From: Bdellovibrionaceae bacterium UBA2339 | Lineage (GTDB): Bacteria > Bdellovibrionota > Bdellovibrionia > Bdellovibrionales > JAMPXM01 | Direction of reading: 5' to 3' | Length of the DNA: 64,000 nt | Assembly: GCA_002344785.1 (NCBI GenBank) | Contig: DDUL01000036.1 | Span: forward strand, 120,063 to 184,062 | In this document: positions 1 through 11,248 of the stretch, piece by piece | Position numbering within the stretch: position 1 is the stretch's first letter | Layout of the letters: every line of letters begins with the position of its first letter | Position numbers and translations under genes: made by a program | The notes under the pieces: model-generated | The model's input: the letters and a program-made list of their open reading frames with translations, nothing else | Database searches by the model: none | Told to the model about the DNA's origin: nothing

Positions 1-758
1 TGCGTCCTTATGCCCACACCCTGTTGGGCATGATTGCGGATATCGCGCTCACTAAAAAGATCGAACACGCACTTTTGACTCGATCGGATGATCCGAAAAA
101 AGTCTTAGTGGTGGTGATCACCAGTGACCGCGGTCTTTGCGGCGCCTTTAACACCAACGTTTCGAAATTCGCTGAGCGCTATATGAAGGCGAACAAAGAG
201 AAGTACGAAAAGATCGACTTCTTGCTGATTGGCCGTCGTGGTGCGGATTACTTCCGTCGTCGAGGAGTGGTCGGAATCGACACGATTCTCAATATGGCGA
301 AGGACATTTCGTATGAGATGGCCGCGAAAATCGCCGAAAACGTGATGAACCAGTACAAGTCGGGTGAGTACGACGAAGTTCGTTTCATCTACAATGAATT
401 CAAGTCGGCGATTCAGCAGACGGTGGTCGCAGAAACGATGTTGCCGATCGACATTGAGGCGGCGGCGACGTTGGGCAAAGGCGAAGGCGGCTTCCCTGCC
501 GACATGATTTTCGAACCCTCTCCGGAAGAGTTCATCGAGCAGCTGATCGTGAAACACTTCAATGTGCAGGTGTATCGCTGTCTGTCGGAATCTGTAGCTG
601 CTGAGCACGGCGCGCGCATGACCTCAATGGAGAATGCGACGAAGAACGCCGGAGAAATGATTAAGAGTTTAACTTTGACTTACAACAAAGCCCGCCAGGC
701 TGCGATCACGACCGAGTTGATCGAGATCACGAGCGGTGCGGAAGCTTTGAAAGCCTGA
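1..758 (+). CDS. atpG: F0F1 ATP synthase gamma subunit, 5' end cut by window edge
   Basis: The frame is open from nt 3. RPYAHTLLGMIADI resembles the conserved ARPYAE region of gamma subunits, so the TTG at 24 is not the real start. TSDRGLCGAFNTN motif. C-terminal ITTELIEITSGAEAL. Followed by atpD and atpC. Confidence 0.95.
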   Translation, partial: RPYAHTLLGMIADIALTKKIEHALLTRSDDPKKVLVVVITSDRGLCGAFNTNVSKFAERYMKANKEKYEKIDFLLIGRRGADYFRRRGVVGIDTILNMAKDISYEMAAKIAENVMNQYKSGEYDEVRFIYNEFKSAIQQTVVAETMLPIDIEAAATLGKGEGGFPADMIFEPSPEEFIEQLIVKHFNVQVYRCLSESVAAEHGARMTSMENATKNAGEMIKSLTLTYNKARQAAITTELIEITSGAEALKA

Positions 759-2168
<1,410 letters not shown>

Positions 2169-2179
2169 GGAGTTGACCC

Positions 2180-2608
2180 ATGGCTGATGCGCTGAAGCTC
2201 ACGCTTGTGACGCCAGAGAAAAAGCTTCTCGTCGATCTTGTGGTCGACGAGGTGTTTGTTCCTGGCCATCGCGGCGAGCTCAATATTTTGCCCGGGCACG
2301 CTCCGCTCATGACTTTGCTTGAGACGGGCGTGCTGAAATATCGCGAAAAGGGCAGCCAGAATTTGAAGATTGTGGCGGTGAGCTGGGGCTACTGCCAGGT
2401 CAACGCTCATGGTGTGAACGTACTGGCTGAAACAGCTGAGCGACCTGATGAGATCGATGCGGATCGCGCTTTGGCGGCTTGGAAACTGGCGCAAGAGCGG
2501 ATTGATTCAGGCGAACTCGATCCGGATGGCTTGGAAAAGTATCGTCGCAAGCAAGCTCGCGCCGAGCTTCGCCGCACTTTGGTGAAGGGTTCGGACACAT
2601 CACATTGA
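2180..2608 (+). CDS. atpC: F0F1 ATP synthase epsilon subunit
   Basis: 142 aa. N-terminal LKLTLVTPEKKLL...VPGHRGELNILPGHAPLMT is typical of epsilon. It is the last gene in the G-D-C order. Confidence 0.9.
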   Translation: MADALKLTLVTPEKKLLVDLVVDEVFVPGHRGELNILPGHAPLMTLLETGVLKYREKGSQNLKIVAVSWGYCQVNAHGVNVLAETAERPDEIDADRALAAWKLAQERIDSGELDPDGLEKYRRKQARAELRRTLVKGSDTSH

Positions 2609-2615
2609 GGATGGC

Positions 2616-3266
2616 ATGCGCCTGATTCTACGAAAGCCCGAGGAAGTACTGACCTCGGGCTTTTCTGTTTTTGAAGTCGATCAAATAATCTTGCGTGCTC
2701 GCGTGGAGCTGGAAGTGCGCGTGGAAGGTGGGCGTGAAGTCCGAAGCGCGTTTCGTTATGAGGTGCGGGGCGGATTGTTGGCATCGAAGGTGAAGCATCG
2801 ACGGGTTTCATTGGAGACGATCCGCCTTGATGATCAAGTGCAGGCGCGATGGGAGTCGGGTGCCGAGGTCGCTGAGCGCGAATGGGCGTCACCCTACTTT
2901 GCGCCGACAGAGATTTGGCGTGCGCTAGAGTTGAGTTGGCCGATGGACGACGCGACTTGCGTGTGGCCGACGCAGTATTCGATGCAAGCGAACTCGCCAC
3001 GACTGATGCAGACCCACATTGTTGTCGCACGACAAGATAGTCCAAGCCGAGGCCGATTGGGTTGGGCCAAATATTCGTCGGCGCCTGGCGAGATGGGTTT
3101 CACAGATTTGCCGCCCACGGATTTCGATGAAGACGACATCAAGGCGAAGTTGGCTTCGATGTCGCTGCCGCTGGGGATCGAGATTGAGTCGGGGCAGCTG
3201 CGGGAGATCTCGGCGGGCTTTCTGGGGCTGCCGGCGCTGAAGCTTCAGCGGGTGAAGGCTCGATGA
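2616..3266 (+). CDS. hypothetical protein
   Basis: 216-aa ORF starting 8 nt after atpC, with GAGG upstream. Amino-acid composition looks protein-like. I recognise no motif. The 3' end overlaps the convergent GH3 gene by 128 nt. Confidence 0.4.
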   Translation: MRLILRKPEEVLTSGFSVFEVDQIILRARVELEVRVEGGREVRSAFRYEVRGGLLASKVKHRRVSLETIRLDDQVQARWESGAEVAEREWASPYFAPTEIWRALELSWPMDDATCVWPTQYSMQANSPRLMQTHIVVARQDSPSRGRLGWAKYSSAPGEMGFTDLPPTDFDEDDIKAKLASMSLPLGIEIESGQLREISAGFLGLPALKLQRVKAR

Positions 3267-4863
3267 AATGCGCGGCGATCACTTCGCCGAGGCGTGGGTG
3301 ACGATAATTCACTTCGATGATTTCGTAGAAGTCGCGCACGCCCTTGAGAGCGGCGCGGGACTCGACATTGATCACTCGCATTCGTGCGCGAATTTCTTCT
3401 GGGTAATGCTGCAGTTCCGCAGCCGGGCCTTTGCCGGAGGCGTAGACAAGGATGGGCGACTCGGGGTTGGCGCGTAAGGACCGCAGATTGGTGGCGCGCT
3501 GGCCTGAAGCGAGGCGCAGGAAGTTCACGCTGCGCTTACTACCTCGAGATTTAAATCCCTTCCGAACCTGATCGGCGAAGACCATGCGTGGGGTGAGAAC
3601 GTAAATCGGGTCATGCGCTTGCAGCTCGATCCACCTCGAAGTGGCTGGCGCGCGGGCGCTTTGATGGTGGCGAAGCAAGGCTTGAAGCACGCCATCGCTG
3701 ACGAGTTGGAATTCGGGGTTCTTGAGTGCGAGTCGAAGAGCTTGCTCGGGTTGAGTGGCAGGTGGAGTTGGGGAGGCGAAGGCGTTTTGAGCGGCTTCGA
3801 TGCGGCCGAGCGCCTCGCGAACTCGATCTTTGGAAAGCCTTCCGCCCTGAAGGGCCTGACGAATGGCGGAGATGATTTCGAGCTGCGCTTTGGGTGCGTA
3901 GGAAACCATGACCAAGTCGGATCCAGCCTTCAGAGCTTCAACGGCGCGTTCGCCAAGGCTAAGGGTCTTCGATGCGCCCAACATCTGAATGTCGTCGGTG
4001 ATGACAAGCCCTGGGAGGCGGAGATCTTTGCGCAGCAGATCTTGGACGAGGGCCGGAGAGAAGCTGGCAGGCTTTTTACTCGGATCGATCTTGGGAAAAG
4101 CCACATGTGCGAGCATCACGGCCCAGGGTAAGGTGAGAGACTCTTGGAGCTGAGTGTAGGGTTTCAGATCGCGAGCCTTGAGTTGCTCGAGCGTGGATTG
4201 GTTCTCGGCAAAACCTAAGTGCGAGTCGCCTGAGGCGTCACCGTGTCCTGGAAAATGTTTAGCGACGGGTAGGATGCGCGCTTCTTGGAGGCCTTGTGCG
4301 AAGGCGACGGCGAAGCGGCCCACAGCCTCGGGAGACTCGCCATAGGAGCGCGTGCCGATGAATTCGTCGGTGTCGGGATCTGAGACGTCGACGACGGGTG
4401 CTAGGTTGGTGTTGATGCCGAGGGCCCGCATGAGTTTGCCGGTGGCCAACGCGATTCGACGGGCAAACTCGGGATCTTGTGTGCGGGCGAGCGCGAGCGC
4501 GCTGGGCATGGGTGGTGTTTGCTTGATGCGAATGACGTTGCCTCCCTCTTGGTCGATCGCGATGAGCAAGGGCGGGAGGCCGGCCTTTTTCGCTGTGGCT
4601 TGCGCGCACTCGAGCATCTTCAGAGTTTGTCGCGGGGTTTTGATGTTGCGAGAAAATAGAATCAGCGAGCTGGGTTTATTGGTGCGAATGAGTCTTTGCA
4701 GTTGCGGTGTGCATTCGTGGCCGACGAAGCCGAGCATGAGCAGCTGACCGAGACGGCTCTCGATGGGATCGGGTTTCGTTTCTTGCGCGCGTAAATCGGC
4801 TTGGGCCCAAGTGAGTGAGATCGCAAGCAATCCTAGCCAGCGCGCCGCCTTCTGCAGCCTCAT
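3139..4863 (-). CDS. secreted glycoside hydrolase family 3 beta-N-acetylhexosaminidase (NagZ-like) with extra C-terminal domain and P/A/S-rich tail
   Basis: KHFPGHGDASGDSH and NLAPVVDV motifs of GH3 NagZ-type enzymes. N-terminal signal peptide LGLLAISLTWAQADLRAQ. Confidence 0.85.
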   Translation of the reverse strand: MRLQKAARWLGLLAISLTWAQADLRAQETKPDPIESRLGQLLMLGFVGHECTPQLQRLIRTNKPSSLILFSRNIKTPRQTLKMLECAQATAKKAGLPPLLIAIDQEGGNVIRIKQTPPMPSALALARTQDPEFARRIALATGKLMRALGINTNLAPVVDVSDPDTDEFIGTRSYGESPEAVGRFAVAFAQGLQEARILPVAKHFPGHGDASGDSHLGFAENQSTLEQLKARDLKPYTQLQESLTLPWAVMLAHVAFPKIDPSKKPASFSPALVQDLLRKDLRLPGLVITDDIQMLGASKTLSLGERAVEALKAGSDLVMVSYAPKAQLEIISAIRQALQGGRLSKDRVREALGRIEAAQNAFASPTPPATQPEQALRLALKNPEFQLVSDGVLQALLRHHQSARAPATSRWIELQAHDPIYVLTPRMVFADQVRKGFKSRGSKRSVNFLRLASGQRATNLRSLRANPESPILVYASGKGPAAELQHYPEEIRARMRVINVESRAALKGVRDFYEIIEVNYRHPRLGEVIAAHFIEPSPAEASAPAAPESPPRSPAAAPTQSRSPAAATSKPTSP

Positions 4864-4930
4864 TCACATATTTTAGTAGTCTCGAGCGCCTCAGGCTGGG
4901 CACCGAAGTCGGGCTCGACCGAAACTGAAC

Positions 4931-7900
4931 TTAAGTCAGAGTGGGGCAAAGTCGGCGAAGCGCGATCAGCTCATCGTAGATTTTCGGCCAGGTGATGGCA
5001 TCGAGGCGGATGTTCACGCGCATGTCAGGCGTGAGGGCAACGCGACCCTTCTCACGTGCGGCCAAGGCGACAATCTCCGATGGCGGAAGCGGCGTATTCT
5101 CGGTGAAGGCGAGCGAGATCGCCTTTGGTCCAGAGCTGAGATCGCGGATCTGAAGTTCACGGCAGATCGCGCGAATGAGCATGAGGCCGAGAAGATTGAG
5201 GACTTCCTCGGGCGGGCGGCCAAACTGATCGCGAAGTTCGCCTTCGAGTTGATCGACGTCTTCGGGTGTTCGAATCGAAGCGAAGCGACGGTACCAAGCC
5301 AGGCGAATGCGAAGATCTGGCATGTATTGATCGGGGATGAGTGCGGGAATTCGCACGTTGATATCGGGATCGACGCGTTCGACGACGTCTTCGCCTTTGA
5401 GCTCGCGCAGAGTTTCTTCAAGAAGTTCGAGATAAGTTTCGTAGCCGACGGCCTCGACATGCCCGCTTTGGTCTTCGCCGAGCAAGTTGCCGGCGCCGCG
5501 CAACTCGAGATCGTGATGGGCGATGGTGATGCCGCTACCGAGCGCGGTGTTCTCATGAATGACTTTGAGGCGTTCTTGGGCGTCAGCCTCAAGGCGTTTG
5601 TTGGGCGGAATCAAGAGATAGCAATACGCACGCTCCTTGGAGCGACCGACGCGACCGCGCAGTTGATAAAGCTGGCTGAGGCCAAAGGTATGAGCTTGAT
5701 CAATGAACATCGTGTTGGCGCGCGGATTGTCGATGCCGCTTTCGATGATCGTGGTGGAGAGAAGCACATCGATTTCGTGATTGAAGAAGGCGAGCATGGT
5801 TTCTTCAAGCTCGTGCTCCGGCATTTGCCCGTGACCGACGCGAATTCTCGCTTCGGGAACAAGCTTGCGGAGCTCGTCGGCGACGCCGTAAATGGATTGC
5901 ACGCGGTTGTGCAGATAGAAAACTTGTCCACCGCGCTGAATCTCGTTGAGGATGCCGCGACGAACTGTCTCTTCATCGTATTTACAAACGAAGGTTCGTG
6001 TCGGCAGTCGATCGATCGGCGGCGTGTTGATGAGGCTTAAGTCGCGAATGCCAACGAGACTCATGTTCAGCGTCCTCGGAATTGGCGTGGCGGAAAGCGT
6101 GAGGGTGTCGACGCCGATGCGGAGTTTGCGAATGCGCTCCTTGTGCCCAACGCCGAAACGTTGCTCTTCATCGATGACCAAAAGTCCCAGATCTTTGAAG
6201 GCGACATCTTTGGAAAGCAGGCGATGCGTCCCGATCAAAATGTCGACGCGGCCTTCTTTGAGCTCTTGAAGTGTCTGTCGCGCTTGCTGGGGCGGAACGA
6301 AGCGATTGAGCGCGCGAATCACCACAGGCCAATCTTTGAAGCGCCGGGTGAAAGTCTCGTAGTGCTGAAAGCTCAACACGGTTGTGGGCGCGAGCACGGC
6401 GACCTGGCGCTTGCCTTGAATCGCCTTAAACGTTGCGCGCATGGCGACCTCGGTTTTGCCGAAGCCCACATCGCCGCACACGAGCCTGTCCATGGGTTTC
6501 TCGTGTGAAAGATCATGCAAGATGGCCTCGATCGCTTTGAGCTGATCGTCGGTTTCATCATAGGGAAATGCGGCCTCGAAGGCTTCGAACTCTGACTCGG
6601 CCTTTTCGTCATGCGGAAAGGCGGGACGCTGAGTTTGTGATCGCAAGGCATAAAGGCGAAGGAGTTCCGAGGCGATCTCGCGCAGATGGCTGCGAACGCG
6701 AATCTTAGTTTTCGCCCAGCCGGTGCCGCCCAACTTGTCGAGCTGAGCTTCGCCGCCAGGGCCAGAGTACTTTTGAATCTGGCCGATGCGGTAAATCGGT
6801 AGATAAAGTTTGTCGCTGTCTTTGTAAGAGAGGGCGAGAAACTCACTTTCGATTCCGCCGACCTGCATGCGCTTGAGGCCTTCGTACACCGCAATGCCGT
6901 GTTGAATATGCACGACGCGATCGCCAGGGTTGAGGTCTTGAAAGGCCAAATGCGCGGTGACGTCTTTGTAGGTGTCTTGGTGTGACTGAGTCGAGGCGCG
7001 GCGGCGATGCTTGGAGCCCAAGAAATCTTCATCGCGAAGAAGTACGAGCTTCGCGGCTGGAATTCGCAAGCTTTCGCTTAGGGGACGACTGATGAGTCGG
7101 ACTTCTTCGGGCGAATCCGCCGAAGGCTCGAACAACCAAAGCTCGTTGTCGTCGCTGGAGTTTTGAGTTGAATCGACATTCACGTGGCGAAGCTCGGCGC
7201 GATCGAGAAGGCTTGCGACGCGAGCTTGCTGCGCTTGCGTGCCGCAGGCGACCAGCACGCGATCCCCGTTGGCGAGCCAGGTGCGCACGCGCTGAAGCGC
7301 TTCGGCGCCGGCCGGATTTTGTGGTGTAGGTGGCGGAAACACGACCGCGAAGCTCGGAAAACTGGGCGCGGTCGGGGCATCGAGATCGCCCGAGGCCGCG
7401 TTGGCGGCGTGAGGCGAGTCGTCGATGGCGAGGCGAGAGAACTCGAGTGACAGCTGAGTTTCGTGCCGAGGCCACTGATCCATGCTTCGAAACAACGCTT
7501 CAGGAGGCGGATTGATGGCTGAATCGACGTTGGCGGCATGCTCGCGCTTCAGAGTTTCGAGGTGGCGATCATGAGCCTGTGCGATGCCGATTGGGTCAAC
7601 CCAACAGAGCATGTGTTGTGAAGTGAGGTAGTCGAGCGGCGTTTCACTTTGTGCGTGGAAGAGCGACATCAAAAAGTCGATGCCGGGAAAAGTGTGGCCT
7701 AAGGCAATCGACTGGAGCAGCTGATCGCGATCGCTGAGCTCGGATTGATTGAGGGTCAGTTTGCGATAGGCGTCGGCGGCCCGTTCGCGACTTTCGTCGT
7801 CAAGAATGAACTCGCGCGCGGGAATGATGTGAGCGACTTGCAGATCTTCGTCGAAGGACCTTTGTGTTTGGGGGTCGAAGTGCCGAATGGACTCGATCTG

Positions 7901-8572
7901 ATCGCCGAACAAATCGAAGCGCAGCGGCCAGGCATGCGCCGGCGAGAAGATGTCGACGACAGAACCGCGCAGAGCGAAGCTTCCGACATCTTCGACGAGT
8001 GGCGTGTTTGAATAACCAAGGCGCTGAAGTGTTTCGCTTAAGTTTGAAGGAAGCTCTTCAAGTTTCCGATACTTAAGCTGGTGATTCAGCAGTGTTTGTT
8101 TGGGTAGGCAAAGTTGCCCGATGGCCGCCACCGTGGCGGTGAGATAGCTTGTGCGCGAAGTTCCCGAGCCGCTCGCGAGTTGAAACAGCCAGGCGTTGCG
8201 CTTTGCGACGATGCGCGGGTTGGGATAGAGGCCCGAGTAGGGCGAGACATCAAATTCGGGCAATGAAATGCAGGTCACATTGGGCTGGAAAAATCGCACC
8301 GCGGTTGTGAAGGCCTCTTCTTGGGCAGAATCGGCGAAAATCAGCACCGGCCGAGGCCATGTGTGGCGATCTTGTGTCGCGAGTAGCAGCGCGATCGCCT
8401 CGGGTGAGGCGGTGCCATTCACGCGAAGGCGAAATTCGCCTAAATCATGAGCACGCTGAAGCGCGGACCACACCGCCGTCACGGATTCGGCGCCAAGTTC
8501 AGCTTCGCGAAGTGAAAGACTTGAGCTCACGATGCATCCCGTAGTGTTTTCCGCATCTTTGGCGGCGCCCAT
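4931..8572 (-). CDS. mfd: transcription-repair coupling factor
   Basis: GDVGFGKTEVA (Walker A), LVIDEEQRFGV, LSATPIPRTL and QLRGRVGRS helicase motifs. UvrB-homology N-terminus. The ORF-track start at 8686 is probably too long. The ATG at 8572 (MGAAKD) or a nearby codon is more likely. Confidence 0.93.
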   Translation of the reverse strand: MGAAKDAENTTGCIVSSSLSLREAELGAESVTAVWSALQRAHDLGEFRLRVNGTASPEAIALLLATQDRHTWPRPVLIFADSAQEEAFTTAVRFFQPNVTCISLPEFDVSPYSGLYPNPRIVAKRNAWLFQLASGSGTSRTSYLTATVAAIGQLCLPKQTLLNHQLKYRKLEELPSNLSETLQRLGYSNTPLVEDVGSFALRGSVVDIFSPAHAWPLRFDLFGDQIESIRHFDPQTQRSFDEDLQVAHIIPAREFILDDESRERAADAYRKLTLNQSELSDRDQLLQSIALGHTFPGIDFLMSLFHAQSETPLDYLTSQHMLCWVDPIGIAQAHDRHLETLKREHAANVDSAINPPPEALFRSMDQWPRHETQLSLEFSRLAIDDSPHAANAASGDLDAPTAPSFPSFAVVFPPPTPQNPAGAEALQRVRTWLANGDRVLVACGTQAQQARVASLLDRAELRHVNVDSTQNSSDDNELWLFEPSADSPEEVRLISRPLSESLRIPAAKLVLLRDEDFLGSKHRRRASTQSHQDTYKDVTAHLAFQDLNPGDRVVHIQHGIAVYEGLKRMQVGGIESEFLALSYKDSDKLYLPIYRIGQIQKYSGPGGEAQLDKLGGTGWAKTKIRVRSHLREIASELLRLYALRSQTQRPAFPHDEKAESEFEAFEAAFPYDETDDQLKAIEAILHDLSHEKPMDRLVCGDVGFGKTEVAMRATFKAIQGKRQVAVLAPTTVLSFQHYETFTRRFKDWPVVIRALNRFVPPQQARQTLQELKEGRVDILIGTHRLLSKDVAFKDLGLLVIDEEQRFGVGHKERIRKLRIGVDTLTLSATPIPRTLNMSLVGIRDLSLINTPPIDRLPTRTFVCKYDEETVRRGILNEIQRGGQVFYLHNRVQSIYGVADELRKLVPEARIRVGHGQMPEHELEETMLAFFNHEIDVLLSTTIIESGIDNPRANTMFIDQAHTFGLSQLYQLRGRVGRSKERAYCYLLIPPNKRLEADAQERLKVIHENTALGSGITIAHHDLELRGAGNLLGEDQSGHVEAVGYETYLELLEETLRELKGEDVVERVDPDINVRIPALIPDQYMPDLRIRLAWYRRFASIRTPEDVDQLEGELRDQFGRPPEEVLNLLGLMLIRAICRELQIRDLSSGPKAISLAFTENTPLPPSEIVALAAREKGRVALTPDMRVNIRLDAITWPKIYDELIALRRLCPTLT

Positions 8573-8705
8573 GGGGCGAAGAATTGATCTAGCAACTTGA
8601 CCGGAATCGCCTCGGGAGGCAATTGCCGATCCAACTTTTCTGACTTGAATTGTGCCGAGGCCAAGGCTTGCCATGCAACGCGGCAATCGCTGGAATTCTC
8701 AATCC

Positions 8706-8734
8706 TTGGAATCTCTTGCACGCCTCGATATAAC
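8706..8734 (+). promoter_or_regulatory. candidate sigma70-type promoter for the nuo operon
   Basis: TTGGAA - 17 nt - TATAAC, about 90 nt upstream of the nuoA ATG. Confidence 0.35.
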
Positions 8735-8824
8735 TGAGCCAAGCCGATATCTCCTCGGGATGCAGCTCGAGAAACAACGATTTGCCCGCAGCGAAAAAGC
8801 GCGTGCGGCCAAAGGGAGTGAAGC

Positions 8825-9205
8825 ATGTCTTCGGGCGCGCTTTTGCCAGTCCTCATTCTCGCCATCATGGTTCTAACTTTTGGTGCACTTTTGATCGTGG
8901 GCACCGGATTGTTGGGGCCGCGCAAAATCGTCAAGTCGGTTGCCAAAGAAATGCCGTATGAGTGCGGTCTGCCCGGCCAAGAAACCAAGGACACAAAAGT
9001 TTCGGTGCGCTTTTATCTCACCGCGATTTTGTTCATTCTCTTCGATATTGAAATCATCTTCATGTACCCGTGGGCGATTCAGTTCATGGACAGTCTTAAA
9101 GACGGAAGCGGTGGCTACATGCTCGGCGTGATGGGCGTGTTCGTGCTGCTCTTCGTGGTCGGGCTGATCTGGGAAGTGAAATCCAAAGCTCTGGATTGGA
9201 AGTGA
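8825..9205 (+). CDS. nuoA: NADH-quinone oxidoreductase subunit A
   Basis: 126 aa, 3 TM. YECGLPG and FDIEIIFMYPWA motifs of NuoA/ND3. Confidence 0.93.
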   Translation: MSSGALLPVLILAIMVLTFGALLIVGTGLLGPRKIVKSVAKEMPYECGLPGQETKDTKVSVRFYLTAILFILFDIEIIFMYPWAIQFMDSLKDGSGGYMLGVMGVFVLLFVVGLIWEVKSKALDWK

Positions 9206-9207
9206 AC

Positions 9208-10365
9208 ATGCCGCAAATTCAGCTGGGTTTAGGAGTCGATTCGACAGAGACCATCATCAACGTGATCAAAATGTTCGCGCTGTTTCTCTTGATGGTGCAG
9301 CTGGTGCCGCTCTTGGTGTGGGTTGAGCGTCGCGGCTCGGCCTTCATTCAGAATCGCTACGGACCGAATCGTGTTGGACCGTTGGGCCTATTGCAGCTCT
9401 TGGCGGATGCGGTGAAGTTCCTGTTCAAGGAAGAATTCCGTCCGAAAAAGGGCGTCGCCTTCATGTACTACTTCGCGCCGGTGATGGCGCTGTTGCCGGG
9501 CGCACTTTCATTTGCGTCGATTCCACTTTCCGTGCCGATCGTTTTGAAAGGCGAAAACTGGGGGCCCTACAATTTTGTCTTGCAGGGCTATGATCTAGGG
9601 ATCGGCATCGTGTTCATCCTCGGAATCTCGTCGCTTGGCGTGTACTCGCTGCTCATGGCGGGATGGGGCTCGTCCAACAAGTACTCGTTGATGGGCGCAC
9701 TTCGCGCTTCCGCACAGGCGATCTCTTACGAGTTGGCGTTGTCGCTGTCGTTGGTCGGCATATTGATGGTGTACGGCACCTTTAGCTTCACCGAAATCGT
9801 GGCTCAGCAGCAGGGCCCGCTGACGTTCAATTTCATGGGCACGCAGCAAGTTTGGAATTGGTTGCCGAACTGGGGAATTTTCTTTCAGCCGCTGGGCGCG
9901 CTGCTGTTCTTTGCGGCGACTTTCGCCGAAGCCAATCGTTTGCCGTTCGATTTGCCCGAGGCCGAAGGCGAACTGGTCGCGGGTTTTCACACCGAGTACG
10001 CGGGCTTTAAACTTCTGATGTTCTACATTGGCGAGTACGGACACATGCTTGTGGCCTCGTGCTTGCTCGCGACGTTTTACTTTGGTGGCTACAATATTCC
10101 GGGTGTCACTCCCGCTGAAGTGACGGCGTTCTTCGCCGGCTTCGTGGGCGAAGGCAATTTATCGCAAATTTTGACGGCCGTGACGTATCACGTTTCGCTG
10201 TTGCTGCGGGTCTTGCTGTTTCTGTGGATTTTTATCCACGTGCGCTGGACGTTGCCGCGATTCCGCTATGATCAGCTGATGGATTTGGGTTGGAAGACGA
10301 TGTTGCCGTGGGCGCTGTTCAATGCGTGCGCGACGGCTGTGATTTTGTGGCTTTTCCAGAAGTGA
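9208..10365 (+). CDS. nuoH: NADH-quinone oxidoreductase subunit H
   Basis: RYGPNRVGPLGLLQLLADAVKFLFKEE is the NuoH/ND1 signature. The ATG at 9208 is preferred over the TTG at 9196. Confidence 0.93.
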   Translation: MPQIQLGLGVDSTETIINVIKMFALFLLMVQLVPLLVWVERRGSAFIQNRYGPNRVGPLGLLQLLADAVKFLFKEEFRPKKGVAFMYYFAPVMALLPGALSFASIPLSVPIVLKGENWGPYNFVLQGYDLGIGIVFILGISSLGVYSLLMAGWGSSNKYSLMGALRASAQAISYELALSLSLVGILMVYGTFSFTEIVAQQQGPLTFNFMGTQQVWNWLPNWGIFFQPLGALLFFAATFAEANRLPFDLPEAEGELVAGFHTEYAGFKLLMFYIGEYGHMLVASCLLATFYFGGYNIPGVTPAEVTAFFAGFVGEGNLSQILTAVTYHVSLLLRVLLFLWIFIHVRWTLPRFRYDQLMDLGWKTMLPWALFNACATAVILWLFQK

Positions 10366-10398
10366 TGGGCGTCAACCACGCCTGAATGAGGAGATGAG

Positions 10399-10935
10399 AT
10401 GACCCTCACCGCGCAAGACCTGTTGTTCTACATCCTTGGGGGGCTGTCGTTGGCGTCGGCACTGGGCGTGCTGCTGATGACGAACCCGATTTATTCCGCG
10501 CTTTGCTTGGCGCTCACCATGGTGAGTTTGGCTGGGCTCTACGCATCGATGCAGGCCTGGTTTGTCGCCGGCGTGCAGCTGATCGTGTATGCGGGCGCCG
10601 TTATGGTGTTGTTCGTGATGGTGCTGATGTTGTTTGACCTCAAGTCCGAGGTGAAGGCCTTCAGTCGCGGGGCGGTTGCGGGCTTTATGAAATTGGTGGC
10701 CGTTGGATTGATGACGGGCGCCTTCCTCGCGGCGATTTACAACTCCGCTGATACTTTGCTGGGAACGAGCTTGGCGGCGAACGTCGATGGCACGGCCTCG
10801 ACCAAAGCGCTGGCGCAAATGTTGTTTGGAAAATACGTCTTCGCGTTTGAGGCCATGGGCGTCCTGCTCCTGATCATTGCGATCGGCGCCGTCGCATTGT
10901 CGCGCATCGAGGGAGGCACGCATGCCGATGAGTAA
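10399..10935 (+). CDS. nuoJ: NADH-quinone oxidoreductase subunit J
   Basis: 178 aa, polytopic. The N-terminus [28 protein letters not shown] is typical of NuoJ/ND6. GAGGAG RBS. Confidence 0.9.
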   Translation: MTLTAQDLLFYILGGLSLASALGVLLMTNPIYSALCLALTMVSLAGLYASMQAWFVAGVQLIVYAGAVMVLFVMVLMLFDLKSEVKAFSRGAVAGFMKLVAVGLMTGAFLAAIYNSADTLLGTSLAANVDGTASTKALAQMLFGKYVFAFEAMGVLLLIIAIGAVALSRIEGGTHADE

Positions 10936-11245
10936 TCTTGTCGATGTCGGCTTAAGCCACTATTTGGCCTTGTCGGCGGCACTGTTCGCCATAGGCATGC
11001 TGGGCGTGCTCATGCGCCGAAACGTCATCGTGATGATGATGTCGATCGAATTGATGTTGAACGCCGTGAATCTCACCTTCGTCGCCTTCAGTCGGTTTCG
11101 CGACAACATGGATGGTCAGGCGATGGTGTTCTTCGTGATGACGGTGGCGGCGGCCGAAGCCGCTGTCGGCTTGGCGCTGGCGGTGACCATCTTTAAGCGA
11201 TTCCGTGAAGTGAACATCCGCTACTTCGAGCACTTGAAGGGATAA
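10922..11245 (+). CDS. nuoK: NADH-quinone oxidoreductase subunit K
   Basis: [35 protein letters not shown] is the NuoK/ND4L signature. The internal ATG at 10922 gives the usual length of about 100 aa. Confidence 0.9.
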   Translation: MPMSNLVDVGLSHYLALSAALFAIGMLGVLMRRNVIVMMMSIELMLNAVNLTFVAFSRFRDNMDGQAMVFFVMTVAAAEAAVGLALAVTIFKRFREVNIRYFEHLKG

Positions 11246-11248
11246 GCC

